Source: Caulobacteraceae bacterium (GTDB lineage: Bacteria > Pseudomonadota > Alphaproteobacteria > Caulobacterales > Caulobacteraceae). From it: 61,916 nucleotides of DNA. The stretch spans positions 7,526-69,441 of the forward strand of contig PLSW01000378.1 in NCBI GenBank assembly GCA_003165275.1, given 5' to 3'. The notes under the pieces were generated by a model, which was given only the letters and a program-made list of their open reading frames with translations, ran no database searches and was not told the origin of the DNA. This document shows positions 1 to 8,911 of this stretch, one piece after another. The position numbers and the translations under genes were made by a program. How positions within the stretch are numbered: position 1 is the stretch's first letter; each line of letters begins with the position of its first letter.

Positions 1-576
1 CTCCGAGGCTTCGGAGGGCTGCAGCGCCGTCGAGCCCTGGACCGTGTACTTGAGATTGCGCGTGCCTTCGACCGCGCCCCGCTCCAGCTTCAGCGCCGTG
101 AGCTTGGCTAGCAGCGCCTGCTCTTCGGCGGACAGAACGGCCTTGGCCATTGCCTTCTGGTCTTCGGGATAGCGGAAGCGCAGCACATAGAGGACCTGAC
201 CCTCCGTCGGCGCGTGGCTGTCGGTCGCCAGTTCGAAGGTGTAGTTGCGGGCTTGGCCGTCGGACCGGGTCGTGGTGACGATGAGGTTCGTCAGGCCGTG
301 GGCCGCCTTCGGTTTGATGAAGAGGATGTTCTTCTCGGCCGCGACGTCCCAGGCCGTGGCGTCGCCAAGGGCCACATGCAGTATGGTCTCGTCGTCACCG
401 AACAGAATCTGGGTGGCCGTGCGGTAGACCCCGGCGACATGGACCACCTGCAACGGATCATAGTCGATGGTTCTTACCCGCGGGTCGGCCTTTCCCGGCG
501 GCGGCGTCTCCAGAGCCAGGGCGGGCGATGCGCCGGCCAGGACGAGAGCGAGTGAAACGAGGGCGAGACGTCTCAT
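1..576 (-). CDS. virB9: T4SS VirB9 (partial, runs off left edge)
   Basis: Hand translation MRRLALVSLALVLAGASPALA-LETPPPGKADPRVRTIDYDP...NILFIKP...TNLIVTT...YVLRFRYP. ATG overlaps the virB8 stop (ATGA). Not in the ORF track. Confidence 0.9.
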   Translation of the reverse strand, partial: MRRLALVSLALVLAGASPALALETPPPGKADPRVRTIDYDPLQVVHVAGVYRTATQILFGDDETILHVALGDATAWDVAAEKNILFIKPKAAHGLTNLIVTTTRSDGQARNYTFELATDSHAPTEGQVLYVLRFRYPEDQKAMAKAVLSAEEQALLAKLTALKLERGAVEGTRNLKYTVQGSTALQPSEASE

Positions 577-1253
577 CGCACCACCTCCGGATCGGAGCGA
601 TAGGAAAGAACCTGGAAGCCAAGGGGGTTGCGCAGGCGGTCAGCCTCGGCCATCGGCGCCTTGGTGTAGGTGAAGGCGATCGTGGCAATCCAGTCCGACT
701 CCGTGGCCTGCTGGGACAGGCGCAAGGTCCGGTGGAAGCGGACGTTGGCGACCTTCGGACTGACGAAGCTGATCGCCCGCACCTCGATCTGGCTCACGCC
801 ATTGTCGCCCCAGGCGACCTGCGGACTCTGCGGGTTGGTGGGGCGGAAATCGTCCGCCCATCGCTCCTGTTCCGGCGGCGCCGACATGATCGCCACTTGG
901 CGGAAGTTCTGTTCGGCGGACTGGGGTAGCCAACCCTCCCGCGTACGCACGTACAGGCCCAGGAAGTATTTGCTGACCGCCTCCTCGTAGGTGACGCGAT
1001 CCGTCCCCTTCAGGCCCGTCATCACGTCCACGGCGCCGGTGGATCGATCTACCCGGACGACGAAGGGCTCCACGGTTTTCAAGGGGGTCAGGGCCGCGAC
1101 CGCCCCGACCGCGACGGCCGCGAGAACGCCGGCGCCGGCCGCCACGGTCCAGGCGAGACGCTTGGAGCGTTCGGCGGCCCTGAGCCGGTCCTGGTCCCAT
1201 CGCTTGGCTTCTTCGAAGTAGACCTTGAGGTCGCCGCTCGTCACGCCGGTCAT
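573..1253 (-). CDS. virB8: T4SS VirB8
   Basis: PLKTVEPFVVRVD, YVRTREGW and RNPLGFQVLSY motifs; single TM; start at MTGVT overlapping the virB7 stop. Confidence 0.93.
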   Translation of the reverse strand: MTGVTSGDLKVYFEEAKRWDQDRLRAAERSKRLAWTVAAGAGVLAAVAVGAVAALTPLKTVEPFVVRVDRSTGAVDVMTGLKGTDRVTYEEAVSKYFLGLYVRTREGWLPQSAEQNFRQVAIMSAPPEQERWADDFRPTNPQSPQVAWGDNGVSQIEVRAISFVSPKVANVRFHRTLRLSQQATESDWIATIAFTYTKAPMAEADRLRNPLGFQVLSYRSDPEVVR

Positions 1254-1510
1254 GCCGCGCCTCCGCATGGCGCGAAGGAGCTCGGATCAGCCGACGACAG
1301 CGGCCCGGGTGTCTTGTTCGCCGGCGGCGCTCCGGGCGCGGTGGGTGCGGGCGCGGCGTGGGCATCTCCGGGCATGCTCGGCAGCACCGAGCCGTACAGG
1401 TTGGCGGGGCGGCGGTGCTTGCCGTCGCAGACCGCCGGCTTCGGTTCTGAGTGGGTGGCGCAGCCGGTCAACGCGAGGACCGCCGCGGCCAGGGCTATGT
1501 TTCGGATCAT
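1250..1510 (-). CDS. virB7: T4SS VirB7-like lipoprotein
   Basis: 86 aa MIRNIALAAAVLALTGC lipobox with CDGKHRRPAN; lies between virB6 and virB8 (C-terminal part of ORF 1250..2194). Confidence 0.8.
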   Translation of the reverse strand: MIRNIALAAAVLALTGCATHSEPKPAVCDGKHRRPANLYGSVLPSMPGDAHAAPAPTAPGAPPANKTPGPLSSADPSSFAPCGGAA

Positions 1511-1512
1511 GA

Positions 1513-2451
1513 TCAAACCCTCGCGCCCAGCGGGCGAAGCGAGCCGCCACTTCGCGGCGCCTGGGTGCGGCCGCCCTGGGTGGCGTTGGTGGCGAAGCTC
1601 GGCGTTCCGCGGAAGGCCATGCCTGCGGCGTTGCCGAAATCCGCGAGACCGGCGCTGGCCCCGCCGGCGATCCCGGCGGCGATAGCGGGGGTCTGCAGGA
1701 AGAAGATCGCGCCAAGGATCGACAGGGCGATGAAGATAAGCCCGCCGGCCGCCGGATCCTGCCCGTCGATCTGGCTCCATTGGTCGCCGACGAGGCTCAG
1801 GATCATCTGGAACACGGCGATGATCAGCGCCATCAAGACGAGGTAGTTCACCGCCTGGCTGAGCCAGCCGAAGAAGAACCGGCGGCTGGCGTCGAACAGG
1901 GCGCAGGCGATGAAGGCCGGCCCGAGCGCGATGACCAGGGCCAAGCTGACCTTGGCCACGATCACCACGCCGAACCCGAGAGCGGCCGCCAGACCGCCGA
2001 TGACATCGACGGCGCCGGCCTCCAGCCAGGGCGCCGGGTTGGTGATGTTGGCGGTCTGACTGATCTTTTCGCCGAGGTAGGCGGCCCGGGCGAAGAACTG
2101 GTCGAAGGCCGTGCCGGGATCGGTGGAGGCGGAGCCGCCGAGCGCCTGGGTCAGCGCATTTGGCAGGGTCTGGAACAGGGGCGTGGTGACCCAACTCGAA
2201 TAGGCCACCGTGGTCGCCAGCATGTAGATGAAGGCCAGCTTCAGCGAGCGGATGGCGAAGTCGACCACCGGCTCGGAGATGGACCCGCGCAGGATCGCAA
2301 AACCATAGAGCAGGACATAGAGCACCAGCGCCGCGCGCATCGGGCCAGCGACCTGGGCGATGACGTTGGAGGCGTCGGTGTTGAGGAACCCGTCGAGCTT
2401 GCCGTCGATGAAGGTGTAGGCCGGCTCGAAGATCTGGAATGTGCCTGACAT
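1513..2451 (-). CDS. virB6: T4SS VirB6
   Basis: Polytopic membrane protein with LGPAFIACALFDASRRFFFGWLSQ; start at MSGTFQIF. Confidence 0.92.
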   Translation of the reverse strand: MSGTFQIFEPAYTFIDGKLDGFLNTDASNVIAQVAGPMRAALVLYVLLYGFAILRGSISEPVVDFAIRSLKLAFIYMLATTVAYSSWVTTPLFQTLPNALTQALGGSASTDPGTAFDQFFARAAYLGEKISQTANITNPAPWLEAGAVDVIGGLAAALGFGVVIVAKVSLALVIALGPAFIACALFDASRRFFFGWLSQAVNYLVLMALIIAVFQMILSLVGDQWSQIDGQDPAAGGLIFIALSILGAIFFLQTPAIAAGIAGGASAGLADFGNAAGMAFRGTPSFATNATQGGRTQAPRSGGSLRPLGARV

Positions 2452-2459
2452 GACGGGCC

Positions 2460-2681
2460 TCAGAAGCTGTGCTTGTAGAGGGCGAGCCGCTGGTCGCTGT
2501 CGATCAGCGCCTTGGCCGCCCTGGCGTTGTCGCACTCCGGACCGCGATGGGAGCCGGCCGCGCAATCCGCCAGCACCTCGCCGATCTCTTCCGGGTGGGC
2601 CTTGAAGTAGCTCGCCGATCGGGCCGGAGGTGAGCAGCCGGCAAGGGCGGCCAGCGCGATGAGCAGGGCGGCGCGTCTCAT
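2460..2681 (-). CDS. Entry-exclusion lipoprotein (EexN-like)
   Basis: 73 aa, LAGC lipobox, YFKAHPEE...C...ECDNA; between virB5 and virB6. Confidence 0.8.
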   Translation of the reverse strand: MRRAALLIALAALAGCSPPARSASYFKAHPEEIGEVLADCAAGSHRGPECDNARAAKALIDSDQRLALYKHSF

Positions 2682-3421
2682 TGGAAGGCTCCCTGATAGA
2701 GCGCGAGCCTCGCCTGACTGGCCGCGGCCGCCTGTTCCTGATTGCGCTGGGTCTGCACCTGCGCCTGTGCGGCCTGAGTCATGGCCAAGCCCTGGATGCG
2801 CATTTGGTCGTTGGCGATCATCGCCTGCTCCATCTGGGCGCGGGCTTGGAGATCGAGCACGGCGCGGGCGTTGGCGGCGGTGTCCAGTCCGGTCTCGAGC
2901 TGCTGCAGGCCGGTCAGGCGCGTTGCCCCGGCCTGGACAATGGCCTGACCGGTCGCGAGGTTGAGGGCCGCCTGGTTGCCGGTCACGGTCAGGCTTGCGC
3001 CGGCCGTGCTGCCGGCCGACGGCGTGAAGAGCTGGTTGGCGGTGCGGATCACCTGGGCGGCCTGGCCGATCACGCCAAGCGTCGACAGACTGCCGCTCTG
3101 GGCCGAGGCGGAGACGTAGGTGTTGGCGTCGGGAAGGAAACTGCGCAGCGCCGGCTGCTCCAGCACCGTGGCCAGGCCGTTGACGTTGGAGACCTGGTTC
3201 AGGCTGGTCAGCAGCTGCCCGCCCTGCGTCACCAGCTGTTCGCCTTGCGCCACCTGCTTTTCCAGCTGTTGCAGCTGGTTCAGCGTCGTCTGGGTCTCCT
3301 GTAACAGCTTGGCGTAGTTGGCGGAGTCGAACACCGCCATCTGGGCGTGGGCCGGCGCGGAGGCGCCGACGATCATCAACGCGCCCAGGGCGGCGCCCGC
3401 GAGTCTATGGCGGCGTGTCAT
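2678..3421 (-). CDS. virB5: T4SS VirB5 minor pilin
   Basis: Signal peptide ending AHA-QMAVFDSAN, Gln-rich helical body, DLQAR motif, synteny. Confidence 0.88.
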   Translation of the reverse strand: MTRRHRLAGAALGALMIVGASAPAHAQMAVFDSANYAKLLQETQTTLNQLQQLEKQVAQGEQLVTQGGQLLTSLNQVSNVNGLATVLEQPALRSFLPDANTYVSASAQSGSLSTLGVIGQAAQVIRTANQLFTPSAGSTAGASLTVTGNQAALNLATGQAIVQAGATRLTGLQQLETGLDTAANARAVLDLQARAQMEQAMIANDQMRIQGLAMTQAAQAQVQTQRNQEQAAAASQARLALYQGAFQ

Positions 3422-5832
3422 GAGAGGCCTCGACGTTGCTGCTGGAAGGGAATCGCCCAGTCGGCGTAGGCGTCGCCGTGCTGGGCGCGCAGGCGGTCGA
3501 GGAGCTCGACCGTTTCAGTCCGGCCCGACAGGACGGCGAGTTGGTCGCCAAGGCCGTCGAGGTTGAGCTCGACGACGACGGAGTTCAGGCCCTGCTTGAC
3601 TAGGAACTGACGCCGCTCGACGGCGAGGTCCTCCCGCACCAGATGGAATTCGCGTTCTGTGAGGCCGAAACCATCGACGTAGTCGCGCGCCTGGGCATGC
3701 GGGTTGGGCAGGAACACCTTGGTCGCGCACTGCTCAAGGATGGTGTGCGAAATTTCGGAGCGGAGCACGTCGGCCGGGCTCTGCGTGCCGAACACCATGA
3801 AGGCGTTCTGCTTGCGATAAGTCTTGAGGCCGTCCTGGGCGAGGCCCCGGAAGGCCTCGTCGCCGAGCGCTTTCCAGAACTCGTCTATGTCCACCACCAG
3901 CCGCCGGCCGTCCACGAGGGCGGCCAGGCGGTGGAACAGGTACATCATGATCGGCGTGCGGACCTCGGCCTGGTCCAGGAAGTGGGTCATGTCGAAGCCG
4001 AGGAAGCGGGCGTCCAGGCTGAGTGCGTCGGCGTCATTGTCGAGGACCCAGCCGAGCGGGCCGCTCTTGCACCAGCGTTCCAGGCGGGCGCCGATCCCGC
4101 CGGCGTCACGCTGCCCGAGCAGGGCGCGCAGGGCCGAGAGGGATCGGCGCTCCGGCGGCAGCGGCGCGAGGGCGGCGACGGCCTCCTCGATGGCACGCTC
4201 TTCCTGCGGAGTCAGAGCGCGCCCTTGCGGCGTCGCCAGCTGACGGACCAGCCTGGACAGGAAGGCTCGGTTCGCCGGCGCCGCGTAGTCGAGCGCCTTG
4301 AATGGCGCGAAGCCGGTCGGGACGCCGGTTTTCAGCGCGAGATAGGTTCCCCCGCAGGCGCGCACGAAAATCTCCGCGCCGCAGTCCTTGTCGATGAACA
4401 CCTGCTGGGGCCCGAGCTTCTCCAGCTCCGCCAACATGAAGTTCTGCACCACCGTCTTGCCGGAGCCCGTTGGGCCGCAGATGAAGGTGTGGCCGATGTC
4501 GCCGACGTGGAAGTTGAAGAAGAACGGCGAGCCGGCCGAGGTCCGCAGAAGGGCTACCGCGGGGCCCCAATGGTTGCCTTGGGCTTTGCCTGCCGGGTGG
4601 GTGTGGAAGGGCGCGAGCGCCGCGAAGTTGCGGCTGTTGATCGCCGCCGGCCGCGCCCGGAGCTTGAAGTTGCCGGGAAACTGCGCCCAGAACGCCGCCT
4701 CCAGCGCCAGGTCCTCACGCGCCACGACCAAGCCGGAATCGGCCAGGAGCGCGCGCGCCTTCGACATGTGATCGGCGAGCTGGCGCGGGCTGTCGCCGAA
4801 CACCATCAGCGAGGCTTGATGATCGCCCATGACGAAGCGGTTCGACATCAGGTCGTCTAGCGCCTCGTCCAGCCCCAGGATCTGCGAGGCCGCGCGGTCG
4901 CGGGCGCTGGTCATCTGGTTCTGCTTGCGCTCCATCACCGCTCGCGCCGACGGCTTGGACAGGAAGGTGAAGGACTGGCTGCAGACGAAGGCGAAGCGGG
5001 CGGACAGCAGACCGTCCCAGAGGCCCGGCCGTGTGACGGCCGGGTATTCCTTCACGCCGTAAAGGCCGGCATAGCGCGCCTCGGCCGCGTCGCGGATTTC
5101 CAGCGCCTCGCGACCGAAGATCAGGCGCGAGGTGTAAAGCGCCGAGCCCAGGTGGCCGCGAACCAGGGGGACCGGCTCGGGGCGGCCGGTCAGCACAAGC
5201 CTCAGAAGGCCCATGGGCTCGGAGAACCACAGGCCGTCCTTGTCCACGAGACCCAGCGGCTGAGCGCCGTAGCGGCTCAGGTATTGGGTAAGGTCGCGTC
5301 CGGCGTCTGCGATCGCCTTGACGGCATCCTCTTCCGCCACGCTCGCCAGCGCGGCGGCGCCGCGTCCGAACTTCTGGCCGAGCCGGGCCATTATCGCCTG
5401 GGCCTGGTCGCTTACGTCCCGGCCGGGGTGCAGGACGAGCGTCACGTAGAGTTCGTTGACGTACATCTGCTCGCGGGCGATCCGCGCGCGGTAGGCGGCG
5501 TCGAGATCGCGGGCGAAGGCAGAGCGGAACTGGCCGCCGGGATAGCCGTCCTCATGCCGGCGCACGAGATGGTGCCAGATGGCGAGCCTGTCCGAGGCGA
5601 GGTTGCGCCATGCGCCGTTGAGCTTGCCGTGCAGGTCGTTCAAATCGCGGACGTCGGCGGTCTCGAAGCTCGCGCCGTCGAGCCGGAAGCTCATCAGCAA
5701 GGCGCCGTTATCCAGCCGCACGATCCGGTCGGTCAGGTGCCGCGCGTACGGGAGCCGCTCACGGGATTCCAGTTCGCGCGCGAGGTGTTGCGGCTTGGCG
5801 CGCGCCGCGGAAAAAGCCAGGGCGTCAGCCAC
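3418..5832 (-). CDS. virB4: T4SS ATPase VirB4
   Basis: Walker A GPTGSGKT, Walker B DIDEFW, TQSP motif; likely GTG start at 5832. Confidence 0.96.
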   Translation of the reverse strand: MADALAFSAARAKPQHLARELESRERLPYARHLTDRIVRLDNGALLMSFRLDGASFETADVRDLNDLHGKLNGAWRNLASDRLAIWHHLVRRHEDGYPGGQFRSAFARDLDAAYRARIAREQMYVNELYVTLVLHPGRDVSDQAQAIMARLGQKFGRGAAALASVAEEDAVKAIADAGRDLTQYLSRYGAQPLGLVDKDGLWFSEPMGLLRLVLTGRPEPVPLVRGHLGSALYTSRLIFGREALEIRDAAEARYAGLYGVKEYPAVTRPGLWDGLLSARFAFVCSQSFTFLSKPSARAVMERKQNQMTSARDRAASQILGLDEALDDLMSNRFVMGDHQASLMVFGDSPRQLADHMSKARALLADSGLVVAREDLALEAAFWAQFPGNFKLRARPAAINSRNFAALAPFHTHPAGKAQGNHWGPAVALLRTSAGSPFFFNFHVGDIGHTFICGPTGSGKTVVQNFMLAELEKLGPQQVFIDKDCGAEIFVRACGGTYLALKTGVPTGFAPFKALDYAAPANRAFLSRLVRQLATPQGRALTPQEERAIEEAVAALAPLPPERRSLSALRALLGQRDAGGIGARLERWCKSGPLGWVLDNDADALSLDARFLGFDMTHFLDQAEVRTPIMMYLFHRLAALVDGRRLVVDIDEFWKALGDEAFRGLAQDGLKTYRKQNAFMVFGTQSPADVLRSEISHTILEQCATKVFLPNPHAQARDYVDGFGLTEREFHLVREDLAVERRQFLVKQGLNSVVVELNLDGLGDQLAVLSGRTETVELLDRLRAQHGDAYADWAIPFQQQRRGLS

Positions 5833-6169
5833 GGTCCGCCTCCTGCAACGTGAACCTGCGGCGAAGGGGGAGGGGCGCGGTCGAGCTGCCGCCCCAGATC
5901 GCGCTATTCCGCGCCCGACCCTTGGTCTCGACGTAGAGCCACAGCACGCGGAACGCATTGTGGTCGGACTTGCAAATCGCCCGGAACACCACGTGCAGCG
6001 CTGGCGCGATGAGCAGGTAGAGCAGGCTGTGGCCGGCGAGGAAGGCGATGGCGGTGAGGATGATGTTGATCCCCATCGCCTCCATCGGTGCGCCCAGCAC
6101 CATCGCTGGGCGCGTGCAGGCCAGGAACAGAGTGTCCTCGGCCAGACGCTCTTCGGGTTCGCGGGCCAT
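5825..6169 (-). CDS. virB3: T4SS VirB3
   Basis: DTLFLACTRPAMVLGAP...WGGSS; C-terminal part of ORF 5825..6796. Confidence 0.9.
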   Translation of the reverse strand: MAREPEERLAEDTLFLACTRPAMVLGAPMEAMGINIILTAIAFLAGHSLLYLLIAPALHVVFRAICKSDHNAFRVLWLYVETKGRARNSAIWGGSSTAPLPLRRRFTLQEADRG

Positions 6170-6171
6170 GA

Positions 6172-6495
6172 TCAGCTGCTCGACGCGCCGGTGATGAGGT
6201 CGACGATCGTGGAGGCGCCGAAGATGACGATGATGCCGAGGATCACCGCACCCGCGCGGCGCAGGTCCAGATGGCCGAACATCCACATCACGCCGACGAA
6301 GATGATGGCGATGATCGCCAGCCCGCGCGTGACGTTGTTGTTGAGGAGGTTGATGGCGTTCTGGATGAAGGTGCCGATGTTCCCGGCGTTGCCGCTGGTC
6401 GTAGTTGTCTGGGCCAGCGCGGGGTCGGCAACCATCAGAAAGGCGAACACCAGTCCCGTCATGAGGACGGTGCAGACAAGGGGGGGCAGTCTCAT
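6172..6495 (-). CDS. virB2: T4SS pilin VirB2/TrbC
   Basis: Signal peptide ending ALA-Q, two hydrophobic helices ending IIVIFGASTIV. Confidence 0.88.
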   Translation of the reverse strand: MRLPPLVCTVLMTGLVFAFLMVADPALAQTTTTSGNAGNIGTFIQNAINLLNNNVTRGLAIIAIIFVGVMWMFGHLDLRRAGAVILGIIVIFGASTIVDLITGASSS

Positions 6496-7079
6496 GGCGC
6501 ATCTCCAGGCGCTGCGGTGAAGACGAAGCTTGGATCCACGCGCCGGCCGGCTTGGCCGAACACGTCCCAAGCGGGCGTTGCTGGCGGCGGAGGCGCCGCG
6601 GCGATGGGAAGGTCGGGGAGGGCGGCCGCGGCGGCAGTGACCTTGGCCACGTAGCCATTGCGGAAGCCGCGATCAGTCCGGCCGGTGTTGTAGACGGAGA
6701 GGGCTTGCAGGACCGCGAGGCCGCCGCTGCGCGCCGGGGCCGCCGAATACGCCGCCAGAAGCACCCGGCCGGACGCCTCAAGGTTGGCGCAGGCATCGAA
6801 CGCGCGCTCGATCGTCAGGCCGAGCTGGGCAAGATTGCCGCTATTGATCTGCGCCAAGCCCAGGTCGATGTTCCGGCCGGCTGCCAGAAGCTGGCTCGCG
6901 GTCGCTACAGCGTCGTCCCGGGTTGTAGGATGAATTTGCTGTCCCCGGCCGCCGTTGACGCCGATGGCCAGCGGATCGAAGCCGCTCTCGACCTTGGCTA
7001 GCGCTGCCAGGGTCGAGGGCGCCACCGCAGGCGAACAGGCTGCGGCGAGGGCGGTGACGGCGACCCAGGTCAGCGGCAT
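6492..7079 (-). CDS. virB1: Lytic transglycosylase VirB1, copy A
   Basis: VESGFDPLAIGVN catalytic Glu, DLGLAQIN, YNTG; GAGGT RBS before MPLTW. Confidence 0.92.
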   Translation of the reverse strand: MPLTWVAVTALAAACSPAVAPSTLAALAKVESGFDPLAIGVNGGRGQQIHPTTRDDAVATASQLLAAGRNIDLGLAQINSGNLAQLGLTIERAFDACANLEASGRVLLAAYSAAPARSGGLAVLQALSVYNTGRTDRGFRNGYVAKVTAAAAALPDLPIAAAPPPPATPAWDVFGQAGRRVDPSFVFTAAPGDAP

Positions 7080-7190
7080 GGCGAAGACCTCGTGGACTGA
7101 TTGAATGCGGAAGGGCGTAAGAATTGCATCGGCCATCTCTAAGGCGGATGCTCACTCTGAAAACGCTCGGGAAAAATGGGAAAGCTTCCC

Positions 7191-7206
7191 CCCGTTCAGA
7201 GGGTAA
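7191..7206 (-). promoter_or_regulatory. Conserved CCC-N5-GRGGGTAA box upstream of virB1 A (putative activator site)
   Basis: cccgttcagagggtaa; same pattern at 7947-7962 and 8728-8743. Confidence 0.5.
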
Positions 7207-7247
7207 TTGTCCCTAGGTGCGTCCGATCAGGCCCAGGTCACGAGCCT

Positions 7248-7844
7248 TCAGGACCGCCTGGAACCGCGTCCTGACTTCAAGGCGAGGGGCCCCGAGGATC
7301 GCGCGACGGCGAACACATCCCAGGTCGGTGGAGGCGGCAGGGAACGACTGGCTTCAGAGGGCGCCAGCGCAGGCACGGCGATCCCCGCGGCGATACTGAC
7401 TTTCGCCACGTAGCCGTTGCGGAAGCCGCGGTCGGTGCGGCCAGTGTTGTAGATCGACAGCGCCGTGCGCAGCGCGGCCTGTTCCCGGCCGGGCGCCGGC
7501 CACTGGCTTTGGTATGCTTGCTGCAGCACGACGCCGGCGGCGTGGAGGTTGCGCCAAGGACTGAACGCGTCGGCGACAGTCAGACCGAGGCGAGCAAGAT
7601 TGGCTGAGTTGATCTGACCGACTCCGAGATCAATGTTTGCGCCGCTGCCGATGAGGCGCGTTGCAATCGCCACGGCCTCGGTCTGGGATTTCGGATGAAT
7701 GCGGCCTGCAACCGGACTATTCACGCCGATGGCGAGGGGATCGAAACCGCTTTCCACTCGCGCCACGGAAACGAGCGTCGCTGGCGCTAATGTCGAGGCG
7801 CAGTGGCTGGCCAGGGCCAGCATGAGAGCCGGACTTAGCGGCAT
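7248..7844 (-). CDS. virB1: Lytic transglycosylase VirB1, copy B
   Basis: VESGFDPLAIGVN, DLGVGQIN, YNTGRTDRGFRNGYVAKV (identical to copy A). Confidence 0.92.
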   Translation of the reverse strand: MPLSPALMLALASHCASTLAPATLVSVARVESGFDPLAIGVNSPVAGRIHPKSQTEAVAIATRLIGSGANIDLGVGQINSANLARLGLTVADAFSPWRNLHAAGVVLQQAYQSQWPAPGREQAALRTALSIYNTGRTDRGFRNGYVAKVSIAAGIAVPALAPSEASRSLPPPPTWDVFAVARSSGPLALKSGRGSRRS

Positions 7845-7946
7845 GACGACCGCCTTGGCTGTTGGTTTGGGCTAGTTCGTTGCATCGGCCACCTCCACGG
7901 CTGATGCTGATCCGGCGGCCCTTCACGAGCCATCGGTAAGCCTATC

Positions 7947-7962
7947 CCCAAAACGGGGGTAA
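7947..7962 (-). promoter_or_regulatory. Conserved CCC-N5-GRGGGTAA box upstream of virB1 B
   Basis: cccaaaacgggggtaa, inside the quasi-palindrome tatcccc-aaaac-gggggta. Confidence 0.5.
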
Positions 7963-7975
7963 TTTTACAACGGCT

Positions 7976-8314
7976 TCAGTTAAGTACACCGAAGTCTCGC
8001 ACCCTGAGCACGGCCTGGAAGCGCGTTCTTACGCCAAGGTTTTCGCAGACCTTCTCAAGCTGATGCTCCACAGTTCGCGGCGAGATGCCTAGGATGCTCC
8101 CGATGTCTCGGGCGCTCTTGCCGTGCTGGACCCAACTCAGGATCTCGAGCTGTCGTTCGGTGATGTAGAGACGCGAAAAACTTCGTTCTTCTGGCGCTTT
8201 GGCTTGCATTGCGCCAAGCGGCGGCGCCTGAACGAGGATGCTTGATCGTTGCCTTGGCACTGGACGCTCCTTTACGCGCCGCGCCCCCAGCTTTTCATGT
8301 CCCGAGCACCCCAA
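7976..8314 (-). CDS. Stand-alone LuxR/GerE-type HTH regulator 1 (start uncertain, perhaps MQAK)
   Basis: ITERQLEILSWVQHGKSARDIGSILGISPRTVEHQLEKVCENLGVRTRFQAV; no ligand-binding or receiver domain. Confidence 0.85.
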   Translation of the reverse strand: MGCSGHEKLGARRVKERPVPRQRSSILVQAPPLGAMQAKAPEERSFSRLYITERQLEILSWVQHGKSARDIGSILGISPRTVEHQLEKVCENLGVRTRFQAVLRVRDFGVLN

Positions 8315-8368
8315 ACCCAGGGCGCAACAGCCAAGCTATTGATTTCTCGGCAGTTCGCGCTACAATCA

Positions 8369-8388
8369 TGTGGATGATCTGTGGATAA
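8369..8388 (-). promoter_or_regulatory. Two tandem DnaA-box-like sites
   Basis: TGTGGATGA (8369-8377) and TGTGGATAA (8380-8388, perfect TTATCCACA on minus strand). Confidence 0.5.
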
Positions 8389-8434
8389 CTCGCAATCCCA
8401 GAGAATCACTACCAGGAATTTATGGGGTCGCATT

Positions 8435-8644
8435 TCAAAGCCGACCGAGCCTAGTCACCAGAGCCACCGCCTGAGTACGATTGCGAACACCCAGCCTGCG
8501 GCAAGCATCGGCGATGTACTCATCAACCGTTCGAGCCGTAATGCCGAGCGTATGCCCGATTTCGATGGAGGTCTTCCCGAGCGCTGCGAGGCGAAGGCAG
8601 TCTAACTGCCGCGGGCTAAGTTGGATCTCGGATTCGTTCGGCAC
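8435..8644 (-). CDS. Stand-alone LuxR/GerE-type HTH regulator 2
   Basis: 69 aa LSPRQLDCLRLAALGKTSIEIGHTLGITARTVDEYIADACRRLGVRNRTQAV. Confidence 0.88.
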   Translation of the reverse strand: MPNESEIQLSPRQLDCLRLAALGKTSIEIGHTLGITARTVDEYIADACRRLGVRNRTQAVALVTRLGRL

Positions 8645-8727
8645 GGATTCGAAATTGCTCCCTTGGGCAGGCTGGAGTCCGGCGACCGTGCGGTAATAGC
8701 GAAAGCGGCAGGGCCGGGGGCGCGCAT

Positions 8728-8743
8728 CCCAAAGTGAGGGTAA
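8728..8743 (-). promoter_or_regulatory. Conserved CCC-N5-GRGGGTAA box upstream of luxR 2
   Basis: cccaaagtgagggtaa. Confidence 0.45.
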
Positions 8744-8911
8744 ACGAAACCCAAACTGACTTCTTCATCATCACCACGAGTTGGGTGAAACTCCTTTGAG
8801 CAGTTGAAATGGCGGAAGGGTTGGCCGTCTTTGTCGTTGTCACGACCTAGAGTCGCGGTATTACTGGTAAAATAATTTTGCTCTAGCAAGTCCCGCCGCT
8901 ACTGAATGTCC

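Noticed and set aside
7976-8644. TraR/TraI quorum sensing, or a single split luxR pseudogene
   Set aside because: Each ORF has its own complete HTH; no autoinducer-binding domain or synthase is in the window.
8602-8889. Short ORFs upstream of luxR2
   Set aside because: No motifs or RBS, and they overlap the promoter box; treated as intergenic.
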